A stretch of DNA of 64,000 bases from Haliotis cracherodii (Eukaryota). A program made the position numbers and the translations under genes. The DNA lies in NCBI RefSeq assembly GCF_022045235.1, contig NW_027266264.1:73098001-73162000 (forward strand), read 5' to 3'. Below are positions 13,801-24,900 of the stretch, one piece after another (position 1 is the stretch's first letter; each line of letters begins with the position of its first letter). Below the pieces are notes generated by a model. It was not told where the DNA came from. It was given only the letters and a program-made list of their open reading frames with translations, and ran no database searches.

Positions 13801-13992
13801 CATCGTTTTGACCAGTCGGTAATCAACATCATACTACACAAACTGTTTCGCGGGCACGGAAGTAGTTTGTACTCCCCATTCAACGAGCGTCCAAATGTGA
13901 CGCTTGCACGTGGAGGGGATGATGACTATTTTGGGGAACTTGACAGATCTTCACACATCTTTTGTAAAACACTGGGAATCAGTGGATGTTAA
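4324..13992 (+). CDS. DUF1647-family (glycosyltransferase-like) type II membrane protein, paralogue A, 6 coding exons
   Basis: Exons 4324-4348, 5094-5171, 8158-8223, 10523-10821, 12261-12365, 13438-13992, all GT-AG and phase-compatible. Protein MVAFKTKAASVVVMILTLYMII...SAASKNHYNE...YYDLGL...FAWKPFII...VWVDSCVRF...KPWVACA...CHRFDQS; these motifs are typical of DUF1647 (recognised from memory, no search run). Same exon layout as paralogue B. The first three small exons are less certain. Confidence 0.82.
4524..4788 (+). mobile_element. V-SINE-like (RUDI-type) family S3 with tRNA-Leu-like head
   Basis: A box TGGCCCAGTCG, B box GGTTCGAATCC, V-domain-like GTTTGTCAG...GTGGGTTTC...TTTCCTCC, (CACT)n tail, flanking duplication TCAC(C/A)TCTGCACA. 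Confidence 0.8.
5495..5663 (+). mobile_element. SINE family S1 copy
   Basis: Full-length, target-site duplication (TSD) ATCACACTGCA. Confidence 0.9.
5720..5940 (+). mobile_element. SINE-like family S2, diverged copy
   Basis: CCCATGCTTGTCGTAAGAG..GACTAA and shared 3' tail. Confidence 0.75.
6392..6667 (+). mobile_element. MetaSINE-like family S4, diverged copy
   Basis: Similar to 11816-12156. Confidence 0.7.
8324..10030. repeat. Intronic minisatellite, 37-bp unit GACAGATGCATCCATGTACGACAGAACCTCATTGTAT
   Basis: About 45 tandem units; all ORFs here are repeat artefacts. Confidence 0.97.
10033..10155. repeat. Short tandem repeat, 19-bp unit CATCTCATGGCAGGACACA
   Basis: Directly visible. Confidence 0.85.
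10990..11335 (-). mobile_element. Penelope-like retroelement 3' remnant
   Basis: Degenerate translation RHATLNHTLFDQGNSIQDPCKTFKTLCDRH resembles the C-terminal region of mollusc-type PLE reverse transcriptases; similar to 18000-18410. Confidence 0.6.
11359..11527 (+). mobile_element. SINE family S1 copy
   Basis: Full-length, TSD-like TCTAAAG(T/C)ATA. Confidence 0.9.
11816..12156 (+). mobile_element. MetaSINE-like tRNA-derived SINE family S4
   Basis: tRNA head (TGGTCTAGTGG, GATTCGATACC), Meta-like GTCATACCAAAAGACGTTAAAAAATGGTAC, (CACCT)n tail, 13-bp TSD TATTAATACGAAG. Confidence 0.8.
13056..13412 (+). mobile_element. SINE family S3 diverged copy followed by an S1-type tail
   Basis: Similar to 4524-4788; GGTGACCCA x4 expansion in the head. 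Confidence 0.7.
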
Positions 13993-14257
13993 AGTTCAGG
14001 TGCATCAGCCTTACTGCATTGTTTAGTTTAAGGACCAGTATTTTAGGACCAATTTTAATTTGATTTTTTGTTATTGACATTATTGACATTGTATGATTAT
14101 TTTTTATTCGCAGAGATGATGATTTTTCACCGTTATATTAGTTAATTACGTTTGACGGCATGTGTATATTTTTTGCTCTTTGTTATATTGTTGTTATTAA
14201 GCTCTGAGCGGAAAGCAGTACTTGTCCAGGGTTCTGTGACTTGATGTTTCATAGGGG

Positions 14258-14503
14258 CTTGGGTGGCCCTGTCGTGGAAGAGTTGCGTCCCTTGGGCACG
14301 CGAGCAAACACATGATCGTGGGTTCGAATTCCGGGTTCGCCCTGATTATGTGGTTTGTCAGCACCAGACCCGAAGGTTTCAACAAAGTGGTAAACGTCTA
14401 AGAACTGCATTACTTCGGGATTTCCTCCCATATTAAGCTGACACGCAGTGACATGGCTGAAATACTGGTCGAAGCGGCGTAAAACCCAACTCGCTCACTC
14501 ACT
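14258..14503 (+). mobile_element. SINE family S3 copy
   Basis: Similar to 4524-4788. Confidence 0.75.
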
Positions 14504-16623
14504 CTGTTGAAACATCCGTAGGCGGGGCCCGTGGGCTAGTCTAGTGTTAAATAGCTCCCTTGTCACCAAAGGTTTCGATTTCCCCTAACTGGTACAACGC
14601 GTGAAGTTAAACCAACATTAAAATGTTATCGATTTCACCCAAACTTTGTTTAATTGCTAGATGTTGTGGTATAACGCTTGTAGGTTGACCTTAAGAGACA
14701 CTACAGGGGATTGTAACAAAAACATTAGCAGCCACAAGATGAACACACCAAATTCATTCGAAGTGAATTCAATCATTTACTATAAATATCCTTCTAAAAT
14801 TATACACTCATCTCAAGCCGATACATTTTATCACATAATGAGATACAGATGGAACAGCTCTACGCCAAAGGAGTCCCTTTGATCATTGTGCACAAGGGGG
14901 GGGGGGGGGGGGAGGGACAGAACATCGAGTACGACAAGCTTCACAGACTTGTACTACTTCTTCCAGAGTAATGGCGTACCACTTCATCGCCATTACCGCC
15001 GCCCTCCTTGCCAAGAGTCTCTCCAGGAAGTGAAGCTGACCAAGAGACTACTTCAAGGATACCGCCGCTAGACTTCTAGCCACACATGCTCGCCAGCTGA
15101 CGCCGTGCCTTCCAACGCTTGACCCCCCCCCCCCCCCCCCCCCCCACCACCACCACCCATGCCCAAACCCTTCCACATTATTGTATATTCTTTTATCATC
15201 TACTCCCACCCAGCCAAACCCCCACCCCCCTTAGCTTTATTAAATTAGGTCAGTAAAATTTATATTTTTGGGGGTTGCACTTCTTTATTTGTTCATTACG
15301 CTTTTTTTCCCCAATAGTATAAGTGCAACCCCGTGTGCAATACGCTAATAGTCGGAAGGCGCACGTAAAAACTCCAATGTGATGATGATGATGATGATGA
15401 TCGGGTGGACAGGCTGGCTGTCTTGGTTGATGCATGTCATCGTATCCCAATTGCGTGGATCGATGCTCATGATATCAATCATTGGGTTGTGTGGTCCAGG
15501 CTCGATTATGTACAGACCGCCGTCATATGGCTGGAATATTGCTGAGTGCGGCGTTTGTTCTGTTGTCTATTCACAGTCGGCGCCAATTAACTGCACTTTT
15601 CGAGGACATAATGTTCAACGCGATCTATGTCAACATACGCGCAGTGAGGTGCCACCGGGACAAAAAGAATAATACACCTAATGCAGTTCAGGTCGGTCAG
15701 CTTCAGGTATATCACGGTCATCCAGTTCGGCAATGGACGCAGAGACAAGTATAATATGATATCAACATGTACCTCCAACAATAGATGCCAAGGCGGTAGC
15801 GGTGCTTTCAAACAAGGGGACCGCCATACAAAACTGATCCCGCCAACTTTTACAAGAACACAATTGTCACCTAGACAATTCGCCATCTACTTCATGAAAT
15901 ATAGACTGGGAATGTTGAAATTTGTATAAAATACATATTTCACAACTGATATATCACAGCTTGTCATGTTGTGAGTTATTTGTAAACAGGTCAAATGTGC
16001 AAGTTTACACAAGTCGGCGGACCTTGTTGTACAGTGCAGAGGATTCGGAATATTGCTGTGAAGTCTCGTGTCGTACGTTGGGGACATAACCAACTGTTAC
16101 ATCATGACAAACTTCCGTGCAATGGTGCGACGCAAGCATAGACAAGGTGAGACGCAGAATGCCCGTTATCATGGGACCATTAATTTCTTTATTCACGGGT
16201 ACACTCTCAACCATCACATGTTTAACAAAAGTGCAAGTGTCGTCATTGACAACCTGAGGTTTGTCATTAATAACGCCTCTAAAGCATATCTAAATCCACA
16301 TTATCCACCTATGGCATTATTAAAAAACTTACGTCAAAACTGATCACATGAATTATGCCTGGTTTAGGAAAGGATGATATTAACCAGCATTTGTAGTATA
16401 TTTTTTGTTTTTTAGATGTCATTTTGAAGGTTCCGATCAATAAAGCGTTCGTACCGTTACGAGCCTTCTTAACCATGTAGTTACTTAGGCGTAGGACTAT
16501 CCCAGTGCTACAAACACTTTGTTGATCGCGCCCAAGGAGTTCATCAGTGCAAAAAGCAACTCTCTAAATAACCCCCGAGGGTGAGAGTGATAAGCGAATG
16601 GGTGGATAAAACATGCCTACATT

Positions 16624-16889
16624 GACCCCTGAAGATCCGGGGTAAAATAGGTCTTCAGCAACCCATGCTTGAAGTAAAAGGCGACTATGCTTGTCGTAAA
16701 AGGCGACTAACGGGATCGGGTGGTCAGCCTCGCGTACTTGGTTGATGCATGTTATCGATCCCAATTGCGTGGATCTATGCTCATGATATTAATCACTGGG
16801 TTGTCTGGTCCAGACACGATTATTTACAGACAGCCGTCATATAGCTTGAATATTGCTGAGAGAAGCGTTAAACAACCAACCAACCAACC
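16624..16889 (+). mobile_element. SINE-like family S2, full length
   Basis: TSD CAT(G/A)CCTACATT abuts the GACCC 5' end. Confidence 0.9.
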
Positions 16890-17449
16890 ATACCTACATT
16901 AATCGAGATATAACATGGTTTCTTTGCCTAAAAATATAGTCATGGAGAACCCTTTCCGTTTCTATGGGGATTGTTGGGTTTGGGGGTGTTTTTTTCCCAG
17001 CTGAATCCAACAAACTCAACAAACGATCTGTTCATTTTCACTATTTAAACAAAAATGTGACGATTGGGTAATTTCCACAAAACAAACTTTTCATTGTTTT
17101 CACTAGTGCCAACAAACTAAACATTTTGGGCATATTACTGAATATACCATTCATTTAATGAATCTCTCCCCTCCCGTCTTAGATCTTAGAAACAAATGAA
17201 TGCTCCCCATCTGTAACAGAGTTTGTTTTATTTTATAAGAAATTAGTTGTTATATTAAATTAGTTATGTGTTCATTCTCAGGAAGTTGAAAGTTCGTTAG
17301 AAGTTGTGCCTGGTGAATACTTTCTTCATGTACTATGACACTGATGTAAATACATTGTAGTTTATTTTTTTCTAAAACAGCCAGAAACTGGTCGTAGGAC
17401 GCTTGAACACCAACTGTTAAAATGAGAGTCTGAGCCCGCCAAGGCGTCT

Positions 17450-18410
17450 TCCCACGTAGTTGAGAAAAGTGGAATTAATACCACGTCGATTCTCAAAAAC
17501 CCAAAGGATTTGCTTGACTGGACAGTTCAATTCTGTCAAAATATTTGATTTTTCAACTTCGTAAACCACTATCCCAATTGACAAACTTAAGGGAAAACTC
17601 CATTCCTTGAGCCGTGGGGCTTTTGTTACAAAACGTGGTGACCATAGATATGTTACATTTCCATCTAAAAGCTTCAGGTCAATTTGTCTAAAAAGAAAGC
17701 AAATGGCATCTCAAGTTCGCTGAGAAAATAATATGTGAAATGCTGGACTTCCATATTTAGGCATGAAATAGTCATCCCAGCGTGCTCCCATTCCTTCTGA
17801 GCTGTTTCTTTATGCATATGAATCGGAAATTGGCCAAAACGTTTGGCTTAGCTTCAGGTATTTCGATGGTTATGATGTCGTTCAATAACCATTAATTGGC
17901 CAATTCCCTTCCACTGTTTTCTCACCTAAACTAGAAATATAGGAGACCAGTGAGAACGTCTCATATGTTTCATATTTAGATATATGCATAAAGATAAACA
18001 AGACTGTTGACAAGAGGGATGACTTCAACTTTCCAAACGTCAGCTTTACCTTTATGTCGAGCAACATTCCTGCACTTCCAGCCCTTGGTGTTTATATTTC
18101 ACAACTCTCGCGATACATTCGAGCATGCTCTTTAGAGATACGCAGATTTCAAAGAGCTCAGAAGGTGTTTGATCAGGGTTACAACATTCAAGGCCTCGGT
18201 AAAAAAATATTTTTTTATGGTAGACATGTGGAGGAAATTTCCAAATTTGACAGCAGTGACAAAAATGATGTCTGCTGCAGTTCCCTATTTTGAACCAATT
18301 GTTCCGTGTGTGTTTTTCAGGCGAATAATTGACTGCCTCACGTGTGTTTGTGGCTGATGCCACTGGTGGGGCAATATACACTCATCTTTTCGCGAACACC
18401 TGATGTCATC
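17450..18410 (+). mobile_element. Penelope-like element reverse transcriptase remnant (degenerate)
   Basis: KIFDFSTS*TTIPIDKLKGKL near 17537 and DKRDDFNFPNVSFTFMSSNIPALPALGVYISQLSRYIRACS near 18009; stops and deletions. Confidence 0.8.
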
Positions 18411-18453
18411 ACAATTTGAAAATGATTCATAAACACATGCTCATGATATAGTC

Positions 18454-18619
18454 GGGGCGGTCGGGTAGCCTAGTGGTTAAAGCGTTCGCTCGTCACACTG
18501 AAGACCCGGGTTCGATTCCCGACATGGGTACAATGTGTGAAGCCCATTTCTGGTGTCCCCCGCCGTGATATTGCTGGAATATTGCTTAAAGCGGCGTAAA
18601 ACAATACTCAGTCAGTCAG
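18454..18619 (+). mobile_element. SINE family S1 copy
   Basis: TSD TCATG(A/C)TATAGTC. Confidence 0.9.
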
Positions 18620-19394
18620 TCATGCTATAGTCGGAGTCGCACTCTGCCTTTTGCAGAAATGTCTTGTGGCTATGAAAAGCGTATTTTCTCCAGTAAGAAT
18701 TATCTCTTCGTAAACATAGTGCATGTAATTCTTTGTGGCAGACAAGTTTTATTTCAACAGTCTGAAGCATAATAATATTTTTTCAATACTTTTCTGGGAC
18801 ATTTTACTTTTTTTTATAAAATCCCAGACCTCCTTCCCACAACCCTAGTCCCAAAGGTGCTTTAGAGCCTGTTCATTGTATTCCATTTTCTAGGAAAGAC
18901 ACACTTACAACTTAACTTAAACTGCTGGTTAAATTCATTTAATGGTAGGCATTCAGGGGTAATTATTGCATATGACACTTGTCACCGCGACCTCCACATT
19001 GAGTTCACACCTCCAGTTCTCACTGGTACTTACTTTTGTAATGAAATTAGTGTGAGTGTCATCGTCGATTGTCGGTTTTCCAAAACTATATTGTCTTTTA
19101 CACCCAATGGAATCTGTTTCTGTAGATATTGAAGGCTGGTTCAGCGACGTTTACGTTAAATGTATCGGATAAATGTCAGGTCAAACAGGCAATTTCATCG
19201 TCAACAATATACTAATGTAAGTGTCTAATTATGTACCTTTGTTGCCGCCTTGACAAACAACACTTCCAAGTTAAAGAACTGAGTAAAGCCAAACTATACA
19301 AATAACAATTACATTGGACACAATTTACAATGCATAACATAATATACAATACACTTAGGTGAAGCCTAAGTATATGACTTCCACAAGTGCCCTA

Positions 19395-19942
19395 GTCGGC
19401 CTCGCCCTATCCCTGGCCCTCACTCTCACCCTCACTTTCTCCCTCGCCCTAACCCACGCCCTCGCCCACGCCTTCGCCCTCATCCTCACCCTGGCCGGCA
19501 CCTTCACCCTCACCCACGCCCTAACCCTGACCCTGACCCTCACCCTCACCCATGCCATCACCCACGCCCTCGCCCTCACCCACGCCCTCACCCACACCCT
19601 CACCCGCGCCCATACCCTCACCCACGCCCTCACCCTAACCCTCACCCTCGCCCTCGCCGTCGCCCACGCCCTTATCCTCGCCCTCGCCTTCGCCCCAACC
19701 GTCGCCCTTACCGTCACTCTTGCCCTCGTCCTTATCCTCGCCCTCACCCTACTCTCGCCCCCGCCCTCACCTTCGCCCTCACCCTAGCCCTCGTCCTTAT
19801 CCTGGACCTCACCCTGCTCTCGACCTTATCCTGGCCATCGCCCTCACCCTACTCTCGCCCTCGCCCTCGCCCTCGCCCTCATCCTCACTTTTGCCCTCGC
19901 CCTCGCCTTTATCCTCACTCTCACCCTCGCACTCGCCCGCCC
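19395..19942. repeat. Degenerate hexamer microsatellite (CCCTCA/CCCTCG/CCCTAA/CCCACG)
   Basis: Directly visible; ORFs 19355-19980 are artefacts. Confidence 0.9.
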
Positions 19943-20440
19943 ATAATTCCATGAGGAGAGTCTCGTGTGTGAGTATCTAAACCAATATAATTATGTATTT
20001 GACATATTTATGTTGAACATAAGGTACGACTGGAAATATATTATGTATATGCCTATTGGGGACGCCACCATTAGACGATTGGTCCCCTTGGTCCTACTTA
20101 GTCATCGTGCCGAGTGTGATGTGAATGTCTGGCTCTGTTTTGGAGAGCAAACAGGTGTGACTCGTAGCATTGTAAAGTGCACATATTGGGACAGGGGTTG
20201 AATTAAACATATTTTGAAAGCAGTCTGGGTGTTGAGTGGGAATGTGGATATCATGTATTCAGAATTGTTTGTTCAGAATGTGTGGGCTTACCTTAGAGAT
20301 GTTATTATCTCTGCACACGACGACTGTTGTACACACACGCACTCCCATGTTGTTTCTGTTCAGTGGGACGGTACTCACATTGTTCAACACACGAGCGACT
20401 TGTGTTTAACATCGCTTTGACCAGTGTTCCATTTATATTA

Positions 20441-20655
20441 GACCCGTGAAGATTCCGGGGTACAATAGGTCTTCAGCAACCCATGCTTGCCGTTAAAGGT
20501 GACTATGCTTGTCGGAAAAGGCGACTAACGGGATCGGGTGGTCAGGCTCGCTGACTTGGTTGATGCATGTCATCGATCCCAATTGCGTGGATCGATGCTC
20601 ATGATGTCAATCAGTTGGAATATTGCTGAGTGCGGCGTTAAACAACAAACCAACC
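20441..20655 (+). mobile_element. SINE-like family S2 copy with internal deletion
   Basis: Intact GACCCGTGAAGA head and 3' tail. Confidence 0.88.
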
Positions 20656-20754
20656 ATACGATTATATACTAATCTATATGTATACAGGTATTTCCTAATC
20701 TATTTTGACGTGCAACAAGTTATCAAATGATAACTACTCATGTGCATATTGTGA

Positions 20755-21955
20755 TTATTAATGCATTTTTATGTGAAGATAGGTATTAAATGATGCATTG
20801 TTATATGAAGATAGGTATTTAATGATGCATTGTTATATGAAGATCGGTATTAATTGTTATATGAGTATAGGTATTTATTAATGCTTAGTTATATGAAGAT
20901 AGGTATTTAATAATGTATTGTTATATGAAGATAGGTAATTATTAATGCATTGTTATATGAAGATCGGTATTAAATGATGCATTGTTGTATGAAGATAGGT
21001 ATTTAATGATGTATTGTTATATGAGTATAAGTGTTTATTAATGCATTGTTATATGAAGATAGGTATTTAATGATGCATTGTTACATGAAGATCGGTATTA
21101 AATGATGCATTGTTATATGAAGATAGGTATTTAATGATGCATTGTTATATGAAGATCGGTATCAAATGATGCTTTGTTATATGAAGATAGGTATTTAATG
21201 ATGCATTCTTATATGAAGATAGGTATTTAATGATGCATTGTTATATGAAGATCGGTATTAAATAATGCATTGTTATATGAAGATAGGTAATTATTAATGC
21301 ATTGTTATATGAAGATCGGTATTAAATGATGCATTGTTATATGAAGATAGGTAATTATTAATGCATTGTTATATGAAGATCGGTATTAAATGATGCATTG
21401 TTATATGAAGATAGGTATTTAATGATGTATTGTTATATGAGTATAGGTGTTTATTAATGCATTGTTATATGAAGATCGGTATTAAATGATGCATTGTTAT
21501 ATGAAGATAGGTATTTAATGATGCATTGTTATATGAAGATCGGTATCAAATGATGCTTTGTTATATGAAGATAGGTATTTAATGATGCATTGTTATATGA
21601 AGATAGGTATTTAATGATGCATTGTTATATGAAGATAGGTATTAAATGATGCATTGTTATATGAAGATAGGTATTTAATGATGCATTGTTATATGAAGAT
21701 CGGTATTAAATAATGTATTGTTATATGAAGATAGGTATTTAATGATGCATTGTTATATGAAGATCGGTATTAAATAATGTATTGTTATATGAAGATAGGT
21801 ATTTAATGATGCATTGGTATATGAAAATATGTATTTATTGATGCATTGTTTTATGACTATAATCATTTTGTAATGCACAGTTTATATGAAGATAGTTTTT
21901 ATTAATGCATAATTATATGAAGATAAGTATTTATTGATGAATTGTTATATGAACT
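20755..21955. repeat. AT-rich minisatellite, 32-33-bp unit ATGAAGATAGGTATTTAATGATGCATTGTTAT
   Basis: Directly visible. Confidence 0.95.
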
Positions 21956-21992
21956 GATCTTAATTCCACAGATTATCTAGTATTAAGCATGT

Positions 21993-24900
21993 TCACCTGG
22001 CCAATGTGACATTTGGATACTCGTTGAATGGCGAGTAAAAGCTGCTTTTGTGATCCCTAAACAGCTTACTGAGAATGATGTTGATTGCAGATTGATCAAA
22101 GCGATGACATTTATTGTACTTGTGTATGCCAGTGTCACAGATAATGACGTCCATTGGGTTTCGCGGACACATGCACTTAGGGCTCATGGCACAAGCCACC
22201 AATGGTTTAATGACGGCCTCACGTATCCACCGCTCGTTGTGAAGCAACAGGAAGCCACCGTGGTCTTCAGCGACTGGAGCTAGAGCACACACGTCTTCCT
22301 TCATGTAGATCATTGTCTCCATCAGAGTATGTTGTCCCACCGAGTGGACATCAGCGTAGGTGACAATGCCTCGTCTCTCCACGTCATCCAGCAGCTGGGG
22401 CATGGTTTTGTTCCAGAACCTCACAGAGGAGTCCACCCACACCAAGATATCCGTCTTTGGGAGGTTAGCCTGAGAAAAGCATGTGAGTGAGAAAAAACTG
22501 ATTTTTGAAGGTCGGTATACAAACCATCTATAAATGAAATTATGTAGCTGTAAGCCTCTTTAATGAGTTACACTGTTTAGATTATTCATTACATAGGACT
22601 TGGATGTTGTATAAATTAACCCAAAAGATATTTGTCACTAAGATAAGTCTCACCTGGGCTCGTGTGACTTTTGTAATTGCGATGTTTCATAATGATCATA
22701 AATAACGTTTCGCATTTGTAGACAGTGAGACCTTGTGGTCTTAAGTGCAGCAATCCATTGTGCAGATTTAGGCCCTTAGTTATTCGGGAGAGCATAGATT
22801 TGAATCCCAGGTTTACCCCGGTCATAATCCCTGGTCTGACACGTGCTCGGGGTTCCCACCAAAATGATAACGTCACTGGTGGATTTCCACCCACACTAGG
22901 CTGTAACGCCGTGATAGAACGGATACAAACACAGTGTTAATGATGTCTGCGGTTTGTCTTGTCTCTGCGCAAAGTAGATCATCAGGCATTCTTAAGCCAA
23001 CCACGCTGTCTCCACACCTCGAATACACCTCCATGTATTATGGATGATTGCTAGGTACAGAAACTGCCTCAACTGATGGTAGAACGCTCAAGCGTAACAC
23101 GTACCTCCATGTAATATCATTCATCACAGAGCATACCTGTATGATGAAAGATTTCCAGGCGTAGCACTGTAAATCCTGCAGCTTCGGAGGCATCAACTCC
23201 ACCGGGAAGCGCCTCAGTTCACAACGACAATCTCTCATCAGCTGTTGTTGCAAGTACAGTTAAAATAGAGACAGACGTTTGAGGGCTTATTGTTATCAGC
23301 GAAATGTATCCATTATTTAATGCAGATAGTGATTACGTATGTAAGTGTAAGCATAGTTATGTGCAGAAAGTGATTGGTAATGCATTGTTAAGTGCATTTG
23401 GTAATGCATATATGATGTGTTCAATCAGTAATTGGTACTGCACAGTTATTTTAAATGCACATATTGATAAGAAACGCACCGTTAGGTAAAGATGATAATG
23501 ATTATTCGGTATTAAATTATATATACTGAACCGCAAAATAAACGTCATTGCATGAAAATTGTCATTTAGATAGCTGGGTAATTTTTGTCAAAGTTTCTAA
23601 ATTTTAACATTGTCCGGAAAAATGAAAGTTGATGATAAAAAACAAAGCAGATGACAATATAACCAATCGCCCAAACGCATCACGGCAACGGCCATGGTAA
23701 CCCGATGCATGGGAGTTCGGTGCAAATTGAAATGCATATGCGTTTCCCCATTTCTTGCCCTATAAAAATCCACCCAGATCGGATAACATTCATGCGTTAT
23801 TGAATTGCTACCACATGCCCAGATTGACAAGAAATCAGCGACACCAAGCCCTTGGACGATTGCAAGCTTTACTAACCGCCCGGCAAGTAGCCAAAGCATT
23901 TCAAGTCCACGTAAGGACCATATACAGGGTCCAGCAACGGTACCAGACCACCAACACTACAGATGACCGACCACGTAGTGAAAGACCAAGGGTCACCCAC
24001 CGACGTAAGGATCGTCAGATTGTGCGACAGCATCTTCAAGATCGCTTTGTTACTGCTGCGGAAACTGGGGAACATGTATCGTTAGTGTATTGATTAGAAT
24101 GTGCAAAATTATGTTAGCAGTGCATTGTTTTTTGTTTTATGCCCACATTGTAATGCGATAAGTAGTGCATATAGTTATGTATAAATGCAGATTAGAAATG
24201 CACTGGTTCGTGCAGATTGTGATAAATAATATTTAATTGTCTTCACGCGAATCCAATCGAACTCGGGTCTCCGGCGTGACGAGCCAACCTTTTAACCACC
24301 AAGCTACCCCACCGTCCCTAAATAGTGTCATTTAGTTCTTCAATATGTATAGCTGAAATTTCGACTCCCCCATCCCCTGGTATATCACATGGCCGGCACA
24401 AAGTGTATTGCATTTACACCAGTTAACCATCAGGCAAATTCTCATCTTGTAATTGTAAAACGAGGGCGCCCCTACAAGATCGAGACTAGAGTTTTGTGTG
24501 TCCCGACTGACGTCATACAATAAGCTTCGGCGTTCTTCCTTATTTTGGGATAGTCTCAACCTCTCTCTAGTAATGTTGGTTACCATTGTACACTTCTCGG
24601 AGTAGGAGTACATTGCTTAATCTATCTGTTTTATTCACCTTTTTTCGTTGCCATGGTAACAGTCCCAGATCATAGTACACAAACGTGTAGTTACTGATGA
24701 GGGGGAAGACATTCTGATGGAGATTCTGGATGAGCCCCTGAGATTCGTTGAAGTGGTTATCGGAAGCTGCGGTGGCAAACATGACTCTCTTCCCCGAGGG
24801 GGGTTCTGGGAATAGCCCCAGCATGAGGCTGAGATGCTGGTGGTTGAGGTCCGACATGGTGGACAAGACACTTCTCAGGTTGTCCTCTGGTGTTGTAGGC

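Noticed and set aside
15590-16370. Possible non-autonomous Tc1-like element
   Set aside because: Only a weak TIR-like end near 16200; no transposase motif or matching second TIR seen
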